Assembly (NCBI GenBank): GCA_965116905.1
Contig: OZ220732.1
Coordinates: 2,240,001 to 2,304,000 of the forward strand
Direction: 5' to 3'
DNA length: 64,000 bases
DNA from: Longimicrobiales bacterium
GTDB lineage: Bacteria; Gemmatimonadota; Gemmatimonadetes; Longimicrobiales; Gaopeijiaceae
In this document: positions 44,488 to 54,603 of the stretch, in pieces
How positions within the stretch are numbered: position 1 is the first letter of the stretch
Layout of the letters: each line of letters starts with the position of its first letter
Position numbers and translations under genes: made by a program
Notes under the pieces: model-generated
The model's database searches: none
What the model saw: only the letters and a program-made list of their open reading frames with translations
Told to the model about the DNA's origin: nothing

Positions 44488-45218
44488 GCCACCTCCCGCG
44501 TGCCGGCGCCCACGGCCACGTCCGCCGCATCCGCCACGTCCGCCGCCACGAGCGAGCGGAAGAGCGGCAGGCCGTCCACCGAACCCAGCGCGGCTTCGAA
44601 GGCCCGGTCCGGGTGCGGCATCATGCCGAGGATATTGCCCCGCGCGTTTACGATGCCCGCGATGTTGTTCAGCGAGCCGTTCGGGTTGGCCGTCTGCGTT
44701 GTGTCTCCGCGGCCGTCTGAGTAGCGGAACACGACGCGGCCGTCCGCCTCCAGCCGCGCCAGCGTCTCGGCGTCCGCGTAGTAGTTGCCGTCGGCGTGGG
44801 ACAGCGGCATGCGGATGACCTGTCCCCGGAAGTAGTCCGCGGTGAACGGGGTACCGATCCGCTCGACCCGCAGGTGGCAATCGTGGGACTGAAAGCGCAA
44901 CGACCGATTCCGCAGCAGCGCCCCCGGCAGCATCCCGGCCTCGCAGAGTACCTGGAAGCCGTTGCAGATGCCGACGACCAGTCCGCCTTCGCGCCCAAAG
45001 TCGATGATCGCGTCCATGATCGGGCTGAAACGGGCGATCGCGCCCGGCCGCAGGTAGTCCCCATGCGCGAAGCCGCCGGGCACGATGACCGCGTCCGCGT
45101 CGCCGAGCGAAGTCTCCCGGTGCCATACGTAGCTGGGCGTACCGCCCGCCAGTTCGACCGACCGGAAGCAGTCCTGGTCGCAGTTGGAGCCCGGAAAGGT
45201 GATGACGGCGACCCTCAT
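44484..45218 (-). CDS. purQ: FGAM synthase glutaminase subunit PurQ
   Basis: FPGSNC, PGGF, GICNGFQ, NPNGS, MMPHPDR. Confidence 0.97.
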
Positions 45219-45541
45219 TGGACGCCTCCCGCGGTCGTCTCGGCGCCTGCCGCGGCGGTCTCGACGCCTCCCGCGGTCGTCTCGGCGCCTGCCGCGGCCG
45301 CCGTGACCCGGAAATCCTCGGTCACGGGGTTCGCAAGCAGCTTGCGGCACGCCTCCTCCACCCGTTCCGTGGCCTCGGCCGATGACTCGGCGGCCACTTC
45401 CAGGTACATCGCCTTGCCGACGCGCACGTCCTCGATGGTGTCGTAGCCGAGCGAGGCCAGCGCGTGATGGATCGCCTTGCCCTGCGGGTCCAGCAAGCCG
45501 GGCCTGGGCGTGACCAGGACTTCCACTGTGAATCGGCTCAA
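45215..45541 (-). CDS. purS: FGAM synthase subunit PurS
   Basis: LDPQG, VRVGK, KLLANPV; C-terminal tandem-repeat extension. Confidence 0.95.
   Translation of the reverse strand: MSRFTVEVLVTPRPGLLDPQGKAIHHALASLGYDTIEDVRVGKAMYLEVAAESSAEATERVEEACRKLLANPVTEDFRVTAAAAGAETTAGGVETAAAGAETTAGGVQ
45221..45298. repeat. 36-bp direct repeat x2 (42-bp period) at the purS 3' end
   Basis: GACGCCTCCCGCGGTCGTCTCGGCGCCTGCCGCGGC at 45221 and 45263. Confidence 0.9.
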
Positions 45542-46494
45542 GAGCGCCTCTCCTTCCATTGAATGATATCGGTTTCGCGGTCGTTGCGTGGGTCGGCGTC
45601 CCCGCCGTCCGTGTCCGGCTCGTGGGTCAGTTCGTGGTAGTCCACTTCACGGGGCTCGACATCCGGGTCCTCGTCGGCGGGCTCCTCGTCCAGCAAGGGG
45701 TCGCGCTCCGGCAGCCGGGCGTGGAGGCCGAGGAAGACCGACCGGAGGAATCCCCAGAGGGCGTAGCCCACTATGGCCGGGAAGAACCAGTAGTAGGGAA
45801 CCGTCACGGCGAGCACGAAGCAGCTCAGCAGCAGCGTCGTCCGGATCATGCCGCGCCGGGTCCGGAAGTCCAGCGGTGGCATCTTGGCGTACGGGATGTG
45901 GCTGATCATGAGGATCGAGACCAGGACGGTCGTGATCACCATGATCTGCGGCCAGGGAAGCGTCGCCAGGTACTGCTGGAAGAACGCGGTGGTGGTAAAC
46001 GGGTAGTGCGTCGCGAGCAGCACCCCGGCCGCGGGGCTGGGAAGGCCGTGGAAGTGGCTGCGGGCTTCTCCCCCCTGCTCGACGTTGAAGCGCGCCAGCC
46101 GGATCACGGCGGCCGAGACGTAGGCGAAGCCGATCACCCAGCTCCAGTCGGCCTGCGGGAAGTAGAGGAAGATGAGGATCAGCGCCGGCGCCACCCCGAA
46201 GGAGATCGCGTCGGTGAGCGAGTCCAGTTCGGCTCCGAAGGCCGATCCCGTGCGCGTGACCCGCGCCACCCTTCCGTCGAGGTAGTCCAGGATCCAGGCG
46301 ATGACGATGCACCACCCCGCCCAGATGAAGTCGCCGCGGGAGGCCGCGACCATCGCGTAGAGACCGAAGAAGAGGTTCCCGAGCGTGAAGGCCGAAGGCA
46401 GGATGATGACCCCGCGCCTGAGGTTCGGGCGGGGACGTTCGCCGCGCAGTCGCCGCCAGCGGCCCGGCTTGCGGCTGCGGGGCGCCACGGTCAC
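45538..46494 (-). CDS. pssA: CDP-diacylglycerol--serine O-phosphatidyltransferase
   Basis: FTLGNL, DYLDGRVAR...FGAELDSLTD.ISFG, RLARFN, GLPSP. Confidence 0.95.
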   Translation of the reverse strand: MTVAPRSRKPGRWRRLRGERPRPNLRRGVIILPSAFTLGNLFFGLYAMVAASRGDFIWAGWCIVIAWILDYLDGRVARVTRTGSAFGAELDSLTDAISFGVAPALILIFLYFPQADWSWVIGFAYVSAAVIRLARFNVEQGGEARSHFHGLPSPAAGVLLATHYPFTTTAFFQQYLATLPWPQIMVITTVLVSILMISHIPYAKMPPLDFRTRRGMIRTTLLLSCFVLAVTVPYYWFFPAIVGYALWGFLRSVFLGLHARLPERDPLLDEEPADEDPDVEPREVDYHELTHEPDTDGGDADPRNDRETDIIQWKERRS

Positions 46495-47180
46495 TCCCCC
46501 CTCCGGCTGATGTGGGCGACCGGCGTCTCGCCCCCGCGCACGCGGTCGCCCGGGCCGACGATCACCGTCCAGTCCGGAGGCAGAAACAGGTCCACCCGCG
46601 AACCGAAGCGGATCAGACCGATGCGTTCGCCCCGGGCCAGGCTGTCTCCCTCGCGCGGATACGTCACGATCCGCCGCGCCACCAGCCCGGCGATCTGCCG
46701 GACGACCATCGGGCCCTCGGCGGTCGCAAGCGCCAGCGACGCCTGCTCGTTCTCGCTGCTGGCTTCTTCGCGCCAGGCGGGCAGGTATCGGCCCGGCCGG
46801 TAGTCGTACGCGTCCACCCGGCCCCCGAGCGGCGCCCGCTGCACGTGCACGTTGAAGACGCTCAGGAAGATCGTCACCCGGGTCGCCGTCTCCCCCATGA
46901 ACGCCGCGCCGGCAACCTCGCCCGCGGCCTCGCCGGCGACCTCGCCAACGCTCATGACCGTGCCGTCGGCCGGAGACACCACGACGCCCTGGTCCGGCGG
47001 AATGCGGCGCTCGGGATCGCGGAAGAAGTACACCACGAAGAGGGTGAGCACGAGCAGGCCGGCCGGCAAGGTCGTGCGCACGCCCCAGCCGCCGCTCCTC
47101 GCCCAGACCGCCGCGAGCACGGCCGCGGCCAGGAAGACGAGGATGAACGGGAGGCCCTCGCGCGCCACGGGCAGGCTCAT
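46491..47180 (-). CDS. psd: Phosphatidylserine decarboxylase proenzyme (short type)
   Basis: FFRDPER, SPADG, IFLSVFNVH, QIAGLVARRI, RFGSRVD. Confidence 0.95.
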   Translation of the reverse strand: MSLPVAREGLPFILVFLAAAVLAAVWARSGGWGVRTTLPAGLLVLTLFVVYFFRDPERRIPPDQGVVVSPADGTVMSVGEVAGEAAGEVAGAAFMGETATRVTIFLSVFNVHVQRAPLGGRVDAYDYRPGRYLPAWREEASSENEQASLALATAEGPMVVRQIAGLVARRIVTYPREGDSLARGERIGLIRFGSRVDLFLPPDWTVIVGPGDRVRGGETPVAHISRRGE

Positions 47181-48082
47181 GACGCGAGCTCCGTACCGGT
47201 GAGCCGCCGGAACACGTCCCGGTAGCGCTCCGAAGTGGCCGCGACGACCTCCTGGGGCAGCGCAGGGGGCGGATATTGCTTGTTCCAGCCCGCTAAAGTC
47301 TCCAAATAATCTCGTACAGGCTGTTTGTCAAGAGACGGCTGTCCCCGGCCCGTCGCATAGTGTTCGCGCGGCCAGAAACGCGACGAATCCGGGGTGAGGA
47401 CTTCGTCGATGAGCAGGAGTTCGCCCTCGGGGGAAATCCCGAACTCGAACTTGGTGTCGGCGAGGATGATGCCCGCTTCGGCGGCCACCGCGCGCCCGCG
47501 CTCGTAGATGTCCAGCGACCGTTCCCGCAGGCGGCCGGCAAGCTCGGCACCCAGAAGATCGGTCACCTGGGCGAAGGTGATGTTCTCATCGTGGCCCTCC
47601 TGGGCCTTGGTCGCAGGAGAGAAGATGGCCGGCGCCAGGGCGTCGCTCTCGACCAGTCCGGGCGCGAGCGGCTCGCCGGCCAGCGTCCCCGCCTGACGAT
47701 ACTCCTTCCAGGCGGAGCCCGACAGGTAGCCCCGCACCACGCACTCGACGGGGAGCGGCCGCGTCCGCCGGACCAGGGTCGCCCGGCCCTCCCATGCGCC
47801 GGGGCAGTCGGCCAGCTGCGGCACCTGGCGGCGGATCTCGGAGGGGCGTATCGAAACGAGGTGATTCGGGATGTCCGCGAAGTGTGTGCGCAGCCACCAC
47901 GCGGTGACCTGGGTGAGCACGCGGCCCTTGTCCGGCACGGGCTCGTTCATCACCACGTCGAAGGCGCTGACGCGGTCGCTGGCGACGAGCAGGAGAAGAT
48001 CGTCGGCCTCCGGCACCGCGTATACGTCGCGAACCTTGCCGCGGAAGAGCAGGGGAAGGGGGAGGGGCGTAGCGGTCGTCAC
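47177..48082 (-). CDS. purC: SAICAR synthase
   Basis: GKVRDVY, SDRVSAFD, ECVVRGY, DTKFEFG, DEVLTPDSSRFW. Confidence 0.97.
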   Translation of the reverse strand: MTTATPLPLPLLFRGKVRDVYAVPEADDLLLLVASDRVSAFDVVMNEPVPDKGRVLTQVTAWWLRTHFADIPNHLVSIRPSEIRRQVPQLADCPGAWEGRATLVRRTRPLPVECVVRGYLSGSAWKEYRQAGTLAGEPLAPGLVESDALAPAIFSPATKAQEGHDENITFAQVTDLLGAELAGRLRERSLDIYERGRAVAAEAGIILADTKFEFGISPEGELLLIDEVLTPDSSRFWPREHYATGRGQPSLDKQPVRDYLETLAGWNKQYPPPALPQEVVAATSERYRDVFRRLTGTELAS

Positions 48083-49524
48083 ACCCTCACCTCGCCGCGG
48101 GTCCGCACCTCGGAATACCGCTCCAGCACCGGTGCGACATCCGTCGCCAGAAACGCGTCGACCTGTTCGGGCGCCCGGCCCACCAGCTTCTCGGGCCGCG
48201 CCAGCTCTTCCAGCTCCCCGGCGCTCACGCCCAGCGACTCGTCGGCGGCGATGCGCGCGAACAGGTCGCCGTCCCCGCCCTCGGTCATGCGGCGGGCGGC
48301 CGCGAGCGTGTGCCGGCGCAGGCGCTCGTGCGCGTCCTGCCGGTCGCCGCCCCCTGCGGTGGTCCCCATGAGCACCGACTCCATGGCCATGAACGGCAGG
48401 TGAATCGCGAGGTTGGCCGCGACCACGCCCGCGTTCACGCGCAGCCCCGAGGCGACGTTCTCCGCGAGCACGAGGATGGCGTCGGTGGCCATGTAGGCGT
48501 CGGGAATCGCGAGCCGCTTGTTGGCGGAGTCGTCCAGCGTCCGTTCCAGCCATTGCGTCGCCGCCGTGTGGGCGGGGTCCGCGGCCAGCGCGATCACGTG
48601 GCGCGCCACCGCGCAGATCCGCTCGCTGCGCATCGGGTTGCGCTTGTAGGGCATCGCCGACGAGCCCACCTGGTCCTGTTCGAAGGGCTCCTCCAGCTCG
48701 CGCAGGTGCGACAGGAGCCGGATGTCGTGCGCCATCCTGGAGGCCGAAGCCGCCACGCCCGCCAGCGTCGCCAGGAACGCCTGGTCCACCTTGCGCGGAT
48801 AGGTCTGGCCGGTGACGGGGTAGCAGCGGTCGAAGCCCAGACGGCGGCACACGGCCTGTTCCAGCGCGTCGACCCGGGTGTGGTCGCCGCCCAGCAGCTG
48901 AAGGAACGACGCCTGCGTGCCGGTCGTGCCGCGCACCCCCCGCAGCCTCAGATTCGCCAGCCGGTGCTCGATCTCTTCCAGGTCGAGCAGAAGATCCTGA
49001 ATCCACAGCGTGGCGCGCTTCCCGACGGTGGTGGGCTGCGCCGGCTGGAAGTGGGTATAGGCCAGCGTCGGCAGCGCCCGGTGCTCCGCGGCGAACGCGG
49101 CCAGGGCGCGAATCGTGGCGACAACCCGGTCGCGGACGATCGTCATGGCCTCGCGATGCTGGATCAGGTCCGTGTTGTCGCCGACGAAGGCGCTCGTGGC
49201 GCCGAGGTGCAGGATCCCGCGGGCGGCCGGGGCGACGTCGCCGAAGAGGTGGATGTGGGCCATCACGTCGTGCCGGAAACGGCGCTCGTAGCGGGCGGCC
49301 GCGTCCAGGTCGATGTCGTCCAGCGCGGCGCGCATCTCGTCGATCGCCCGTTCGGGGATGTCCAGTCCGGCGTCCCGCTGGGCCTCGGCAAGGGCGAGCC
49401 AGAGCCGCCGCCAGGTGCCGAAGCGGAAGGCCGGGGCGAAGATGCGCTCCATCTCGCCGGAGACGTACCGCGCCGACAGCGGGTGCGTGTAACGGTCGGG
49501 GGCGGGGTTGGACACGGAAGTCAT
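48079..49524 (-). CDS. purB: Adenylosuccinate lyase
   Basis: RHDVMAH, HLGATS, THFQPAQ, GSSAMPYKRNP. Confidence 0.97.
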   Translation of the reverse strand: MTSVSNPAPDRYTHPLSARYVSGEMERIFAPAFRFGTWRRLWLALAEAQRDAGLDIPERAIDEMRAALDDIDLDAAARYERRFRHDVMAHIHLFGDVAPAARGILHLGATSAFVGDNTDLIQHREAMTIVRDRVVATIRALAAFAAEHRALPTLAYTHFQPAQPTTVGKRATLWIQDLLLDLEEIEHRLANLRLRGVRGTTGTQASFLQLLGGDHTRVDALEQAVCRRLGFDRCYPVTGQTYPRKVDQAFLATLAGVAASASRMAHDIRLLSHLRELEEPFEQDQVGSSAMPYKRNPMRSERICAVARHVIALAADPAHTAATQWLERTLDDSANKRLAIPDAYMATDAILVLAENVASGLRVNAGVVAANLAIHLPFMAMESVLMGTTAGGGDRQDAHERLRRHTLAAARRMTEGGDGDLFARIAADESLGVSAGELEELARPEKLVGRAPEQVDAFLATDVAPVLERYSEVRTRGEVRV

Positions 49525-49534
49525 CGCACGGGGG

Positions 49535-51067
49535 TCATCGCCATTCGAGCAGTCCGGTTCTCACCATGCGTCCGTTTCTTTCGAAGAGGAGGACGAAGGA
49601 GCGTCCACTGCGCTGGGTGCGGCGCAGCTCGTCGGCGGCTTCACGGGCCGTGCGAAGCCGCCTGTTGTTCACGGCGAGCAGCACATCCCCGGCCGCCAGT
49701 CCGATGCGGCGCGCGAGCGCGTCCGAGATCTCCACCACAAGAGCGCCTTCGGCGGAGGCGAGACCCCGCTCGGCCTGGATGCCCGGCGTGACGGTCACGA
49801 CTTCCAGGTCACGCAGCAGCTCCACACGGTCGGCCGCGGCCGACGGGAGCGGCGCGGCCTGGATCTGCACGGCTCCCATCCCCTCCAGCGCCAGCTCGAT
49901 CCGGTCGCCGGCGCGGAGGTCGAGCAGCACGGCCGTGTAGTCCAGCGGGGTCGCCATGCGGCTCGATCCGGCGCGGAGCAGCCGCGACCCCTCGCGGATC
50001 CCCGCAGCCGCGGCGGGCGAGCCGCGTGTGACCCGCGCGACGCGCACGCCCCGCGACCGCCCGAAGCCGTCGGCCTCCACCGCGTCCACGCCCAGCCCCA
50101 GCCACGCGCGCTGTGCCTCTCCGTGTTCGACGAGGTCGCGAGCCACCTGGAGCGCGCGGTCGATCGGAATGGCGAACCCCAGTCCCTCGCTTCCCCCCGA
50201 GCGCGACAGGATCGACGTGTTCATCCCGATCACCTCGCCCACGGCGTTGACCAGCGGCCCGCCCGAGTTGCCCGGGTTGATCGACGCGTCGGTCTGGATC
50301 ATGCCGAGGTAGAACCCGTCGTCGTCCTGGCCCGGAATGATGTGGCGTCCGAGCGCGCTCACCACGCCGGCCGTCACCGAGGGCTCGGGGTTGGAGATGA
50401 GTCCCCCGAACGGGTTGCCGATGGCGACGGTCCATTCCCCGATCAGCAGGTCCGACGCGGTGCCGAGCGGTGCGACGGGCAGTCCCGCGGCGCCCTCCAG
50501 CGCGAGCACCGCCACATCGGTCGCGGGGTCGGACCCGGCGAGCCGGGCGTCGAAGTCGCGCCCGTCGGGCAGCGTGACCAGGATCTCGGTCGCCCCGGCA
50601 ATGACATGGTGGTTCGTCAGCACCGTGCCGCGCTCGTCCACGACAAACCCGGACCCGAGGCCACGGGTCTCCCGGAAGGGGAGGAAGTAGTCGTCGAAGA
50701 AGCTGCGGCGGCGCACCTGCTCGCGCCTGCGGACCGACACGGCGACCACCGACGGCGCCACGGTGCGGGCCGCGCGCACGATCGCGGTGGCGCGGGAGTC
50801 GGAAAGGGACTGGCCGGCAGCCCTGGCGACCTCGTTTGCGGACGCGGGAGCCAGCGCCGACGCGGGAGCCAGCGCCGACGCGGAAGCCGGCGCCGATGGG
50901 GAGGCGGGTGCCGATGGGGGAACGGAGGCCGACGCGGGAACGGAGGCCGACGGGGGAACCGGGTCGGGAACGGCCGCGCCGGGCTGCGACGGCTCGCATG
51001 CCGCCAGAAACGCGGCCAGCGCCACCGGAGCGACCCCATGTCTGGACTTCAGGGGAAACCCCGTCAC
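49535..51067 (-). CDS. HtrA/DegP-like serine protease with PDZ domains, lipoprotein
   Basis: LAAC lipobox; GLGSGF, TNHHV, TDVAVL, QTDASINPGNSGGPL; PDZ; GTGA overlap with truA; Pro/Ala/Ser repeat linker. Confidence 0.92.
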   Translation of the reverse strand: MTGFPLKSRHGVAPVALAAFLAACEPSQPGAAVPDPVPPSASVPASASVPPSAPASPSAPASASALAPASALAPASANEVARAAGQSLSDSRATAIVRAARTVAPSVVAVSVRRREQVRRRSFFDDYFLPFRETRGLGSGFVVDERGTVLTNHHVIAGATEILVTLPDGRDFDARLAGSDPATDVAVLALEGAAGLPVAPLGTASDLLIGEWTVAIGNPFGGLISNPEPSVTAGVVSALGRHIIPGQDDDGFYLGMIQTDASINPGNSGGPLVNAVGEVIGMNTSILSRSGGSEGLGFAIPIDRALQVARDLVEHGEAQRAWLGLGVDAVEADGFGRSRGVRVARVTRGSPAAAAGIREGSRLLRAGSSRMATPLDYTAVLLDLRAGDRIELALEGMGAVQIQAAPLPSAAADRVELLRDLEVVTVTPGIQAERGLASAEGALVVEISDALARRIGLAAGDVLLAVNNRRLRTAREAADELRRTQRSGRSFVLLFERNGRMVRTGLLEWR

Positions 51068-51873
51068 CGAAGCGCCCTCCGACGCTCCGGAGCGGCCCGT
51101 GCCGGGGTCGCGCCGGCATCCGAATAGTCCACCCGGGTCAGACAGAGCCCCTGGGGTGGGGCGGGCGGGGATGTCGTCAGGTCGGTCTCTCCGCTGAGCA
51201 GAAGGGCCATCTCCTCCTCCGCGCGCCTGTGCCGCGCGATGTCCACCATTGTCCCTACCAAATATCGCACCATCCGGTGCAAAAAGCGGTTTGCCGTGAT
51301 CTCGAAGACGGCGCCGAGGTCCTCCCAGGGACGCCACCGGGCGCGCATGACGTGGCAGATGTGCCCCCGCTGCGGCTGCCCGGACTTCGCGAAGGCGCGG
51401 AAGTCGTGCACGCCGAAGAGCGCGTGCGAGGTCCTCGCGGCGGCGTCCAGGTCGAGCGGAACGCCGAGGGGCCAGCAAGCGCGGCGATGAAAGGGAGACG
51501 CCGCCCGCGCCGCGATCCCGACCCTGTACTCGTAGCTGCGCGAGGTCGCCTCGAACCGCGGATTGAAGTCGGCCGGGACGGGCTCTGCGCACTCGATCCA
51601 AAGCGAATCGGGAACCAGCGCATTGAGCGATTTGGCGAGCGCCGCAGCCTCCCAGCGCGCGGGCATGGTCACCGCGGCCACCTGGCCCCTGGCGTGAACA
51701 CCCGTGTCGGTGCGGCCCGCTCCGACGACCGGACGCCGGCTGCCCGCGAGCTGCTCCGCGGCCGCCTCGAGCGCGCCCTGTACCGTGGGCTGGCCGGGCT
51801 GGAGCTGCCACCCGTGGAAGGCGGAGCCGTCATAGTGCAGGGTCAGCTTGAAGCGGGTCTCGGGATCGCTCAT
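51064..51873 (-). CDS. truA: tRNA pseudouridine(38-40) synthase
   Basis: YDGS.FHGWQ, GRTDTGVHA, FLHRMVR, APPQGL. Confidence 0.97.
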   Translation of the reverse strand: MSDPETRFKLTLHYDGSAFHGWQLQPGQPTVQGALEAAAEQLAGSRRPVVGAGRTDTGVHARGQVAAVTMPARWEAAALAKSLNALVPDSLWIECAEPVPADFNPRFEATSRSYEYRVGIAARAASPFHRRACWPLGVPLDLDAAARTSHALFGVHDFRAFAKSGQPQRGHICHVMRARWRPWEDLGAVFEITANRFLHRMVRYLVGTMVDIARHRRAEEEMALLLSGETDLTTSPPAPPQGLCLTRVDYSDAGATPARAAPERRRALR

Positions 51874-52020
51874 TTCCGGCGGCGGCGTCCGACCAGGTGG
51901 CTCAGCCCCGGTGGGGGGATGGTGCGAAAGCTACCCGGGGGCGGTCGCCAGTCAACCGCCGGGCTGGGCATGGGCGGGGACAGGGTCCCGCAACCACGGC
52001 GCGCGTGGCTAGTTTTGTGC

Positions 52021-53067
52021 ATGGCAGTGACCGACGTGACATTCAGCCTTGTTCCCCTGCTTGCGAAGGCGGTTGGCGGGGAGGACCTCTCCGCCGCCGA
52101 GGCTCGCGACGCCTTCGGCCACATCGTCTCCGGCGACGCGTCGCAGGTTGCGACCGGGGCGCTGCTGGCCGCGCTTCAGACGAAGGGCCTGGCGCCGTCC
52201 GAGGTCGCGGGCGGGGTCGAGGCGCTCAGGGCGGCGATGATTCCGGTGGCGGCTCCCGACACGGCCGGTCTGGTGGACACCTGCGGGACCGGCGGGGGCG
52301 GGGTGTCGACCTTCAATATCTCTACCGCGGCGGCGCTGGTTGCGGCGGCCGGGGGTGTGCGCGTGGCCAAGCACGGCAACCGTTCCTTCACCTCGAAGTG
52401 CGGGAGCGCCGACGTGCTCGAGGCGCTGGGGGTCGAGGTCGAACTCTCGCCGGAGGGCATGGCCGCGGTGCTGGCGGAGGTGGGGATCGTCTTCATGTTT
52501 GCGCCGCTGCTGCACCCCGCGATGCGGCATGTGGGGCCCGTCCGCCAGGCGCTGGGGATCACCACGATCATGAACCTGCTGGGCCCCCTCGCCAATCCGG
52601 CGGGTGCGCGCCGCCAGGTCGTGGGCGTGGCCGATCCGGACTACGTCGACCTCGTCGTGCGGGGACTCGCCGAACTGGGACACGAGCGCGCGCTCGTGGT
52701 GCACGGGGCTCCCGGGATGGACGAGATCAGCCCGTGCGGCGCGACGCGCGTGGCCGAACTGCGGGGTGGCGCGGTGTCGTCGTACGAGGTGACGCCAGCA
52801 GAGCTGGGCGTGGAGGCGGTCGACCCGGACGATCTGGCCGGCGGCGAGCCCGGCGAGAACGCGGCTGTCGTGCGCGCGGTGGTCACGGGGGAGGACAGGG
52901 GCGCGGGCCGGTCGGCCGTGCTGGTGAACGCGGCGGCGGCATTCCTTGTGGCGGGCAGGGTGGACTCGCTCGCCGACGGAGTGGCCGCGGGCGCCCGGGC
53001 GATCGACTCCGGCGCGGCGGCGGCGGTTCTCGACGGCCTGGTGCGGGCGAGCCGCGCGGCGCGCTGA
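52021..53067 (+). CDS. trpD: Anthranilate phosphoribosyltransferase
   Basis: DTCGTGG, FNIST, KHGNRS, GSADVLE, NLLGPLANP, GMDE. Confidence 0.97.
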   Translation: MAVTDVTFSLVPLLAKAVGGEDLSAAEARDAFGHIVSGDASQVATGALLAALQTKGLAPSEVAGGVEALRAAMIPVAAPDTAGLVDTCGTGGGGVSTFNISTAAALVAAAGGVRVAKHGNRSFTSKCGSADVLEALGVEVELSPEGMAAVLAEVGIVFMFAPLLHPAMRHVGPVRQALGITTIMNLLGPLANPAGARRQVVGVADPDYVDLVVRGLAELGHERALVVHGAPGMDEISPCGATRVAELRGGAVSSYEVTPAELGVEAVDPDDLAGGEPGENAAVVRAVVTGEDRGAGRSAVLVNAAAAFLVAGRVDSLADGVAAGARAIDSGAAAAVLDGLVRASRAAR

Positions 53068-53092
53068 CACTTTTCGGCGCGCTGAACCCGTC

Positions 53093-53695
53093 TCAGTACG
53101 TTCGGATCAGACCCACCACGACGCCCTGAATCCGCACGTTGCGGGCGGGCTCGATCAACGGGGGAACGTTCTCGTTGGCGGGCTGCAGGCGGACCTTGTT
53201 CCCCGGCTCGCGGTAGAGCTTCTTGACCGTGGCGGCCTCGTCCCCGACCAGCGCGATCACCATCTCGCCGTCCTCGGCGGTCTGCCGCGCGTTGACGATG
53301 ATGTGGTCTCCGTCGCGGATATGCTCGTCGATCATGGACTGGCCGGACACGCGCAGCACATAGTGCTCGAACCCCTTGCGGATCATGTCGCCCGGGACGG
53401 AAAAGTTCTCGGTGTCCTCGACGGTCTCGATCGGCATCCCCGCGGCCACCGTGCCGAGCAGCGGCAGCGGCACCGTGGGCTCCTCCTCCGGGGGGAACTC
53501 CACCGACCGACTCTCACGGTAGGATCTGCGAATGTAGCCCTTGCGCTCCAGGTTGCTGAGGTGCTCGTGGACGGTCGCCAGAGACGTGTAGCCGAAGGCC
53601 TCGCGGATCTCGTCGAAGCTGGGCGCATAGCCGTGCTCTTCGATGAATTCCTTGAGGAAATCCAGGATCTGCTTCTGGCGTTTCGTCAGAGGCAT
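53093..53695 (-). CDS. lexA: SOS repressor LexA
   Basis: LTKRQ..IL, PSFDEI, Ala-Gly cleavage site VAAG.P, catalytic Ser GQSM and Lys TVKK. Confidence 0.97.
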   Translation of the reverse strand: MPLTKRQKQILDFLKEFIEEHGYAPSFDEIREAFGYTSLATVHEHLSNLERKGYIRRSYRESRSVEFPPEEEPTVPLPLLGTVAAGMPIETVEDTENFSVPGDMIRKGFEHYVLRVSGQSMIDEHIRDGDHIIVNARQTAEDGEMVIALVGDEAATVKKLYREPGNKVRLQPANENVPPLIEPARNVRIQGVVVGLIRTY

Positions 53696-53760
53696 CGCTC
53701 TTTCCTTATCTTGGGGAGGCGGATTTCCGATCCCGGGGGAACGGGACGCGCGCCCTGTGA

Positions 53761-53802
53761 CCGAACAGGCTCCGAATGACGATAACCGAATCTTGCCCGA
53801 AG
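53761..53802. promoter_or_regulatory. Candidate LexA boxes: two CCGAA-N6-CCGAA direct repeats
   Basis: CCGAA at 53761, 53772, 53786 and 53797, upstream of lexA; read as GAAC-N7-GAAT and GAAT-N7-GAAG. Confidence 0.55.
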
Positions 53803-54603
53803 CACAAGCCTGGCATCCTGGAGCGCATCGTCGCCGGCAAGGCGGCCGAAGTTGAGGCGCTCAGGGGGGTGTGCGCGGACGTGTTGCGGGCGGCCGGCGA
53901 CGCTCCGCCGCCGCGGCAGGTACTCCGGGCGATGGTCCGGAGCCGCCACGTCGGCGTCGTTGCCGAGGTGAAGCGGCGCTCGCCGGGAGCGGGCGAGATC
54001 GACACCGCGCTCGATCGGGTGGAGCTGGCGGCCGAGTACGAGGAGGGAGGGGCGCTCGCGGTCAGCGTGCTGACGGATTCGAGGTGGTTCGGCGGGTCGC
54101 TCGACGACCTGCGCGCGGTGCGGGCCGCCGGGAACGTCCCCGTGCTTCGGAAGGACTTCGTCGTCGACGGGGTCCAGGTCGCCGAGGCGCGGGCCGCCGG
54201 CGCCGACCTGGTGCTGCTGATCGTGCGCATCCTCGATCCGGTGTTGTTGCACGACCTGCGGGCCATGATACACGACATGGGAATGACGGCCCTGGTCGAG
54301 GCGCACGACGAGTGGGAGGTGGAGGCCGCGCTCGAGGCCGGGGCGCAGCTGCTCGGCGTCAACAACAGGGATCTCACCGTCTTCCGCACCGATCTGGCCG
54401 TCACCGAGCGCCTGGCGAAGTACGTGCCGGGTGAGGTGCTGCTGGTGTCCGAGAGCGGGATCGCGGACGCGGCCGACGTGGCCCGCGTGGCCGCCGCGGG
54501 GGCCGATGCCGTGCTCGTCGGGGAGGCGCTGGTACGGAGCGGCGACCCGCGTGGGGCGGTGGCCGCGATGGCGGCCGTGCCGCGCGAGGGGGTGCGGGGG
54601 TGA
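53776..54603 (+). CDS. trpC: Indole-3-glycerol phosphate synthase
   Basis: AEVKRRSP, SVLTD, LRKDF, GVNNRDL, SESGI, LVGEAL. Confidence 0.97.
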   Translation: MTITESCPKHKPGILERIVAGKAAEVEALRGVCADVLRAAGDAPPPRQVLRAMVRSRHVGVVAEVKRRSPGAGEIDTALDRVELAAEYEEGGALAVSVLTDSRWFGGSLDDLRAVRAAGNVPVLRKDFVVDGVQVAEARAAGADLVLLIVRILDPVLLHDLRAMIHDMGMTALVEAHDEWEVEAALEAGAQLLGVNNRDLTVFRTDLAVTERLAKYVPGEVLLVSESGIADAADVARVAAAGADAVLVGEALVRSGDPRGAVAAMAAVPREGVRG

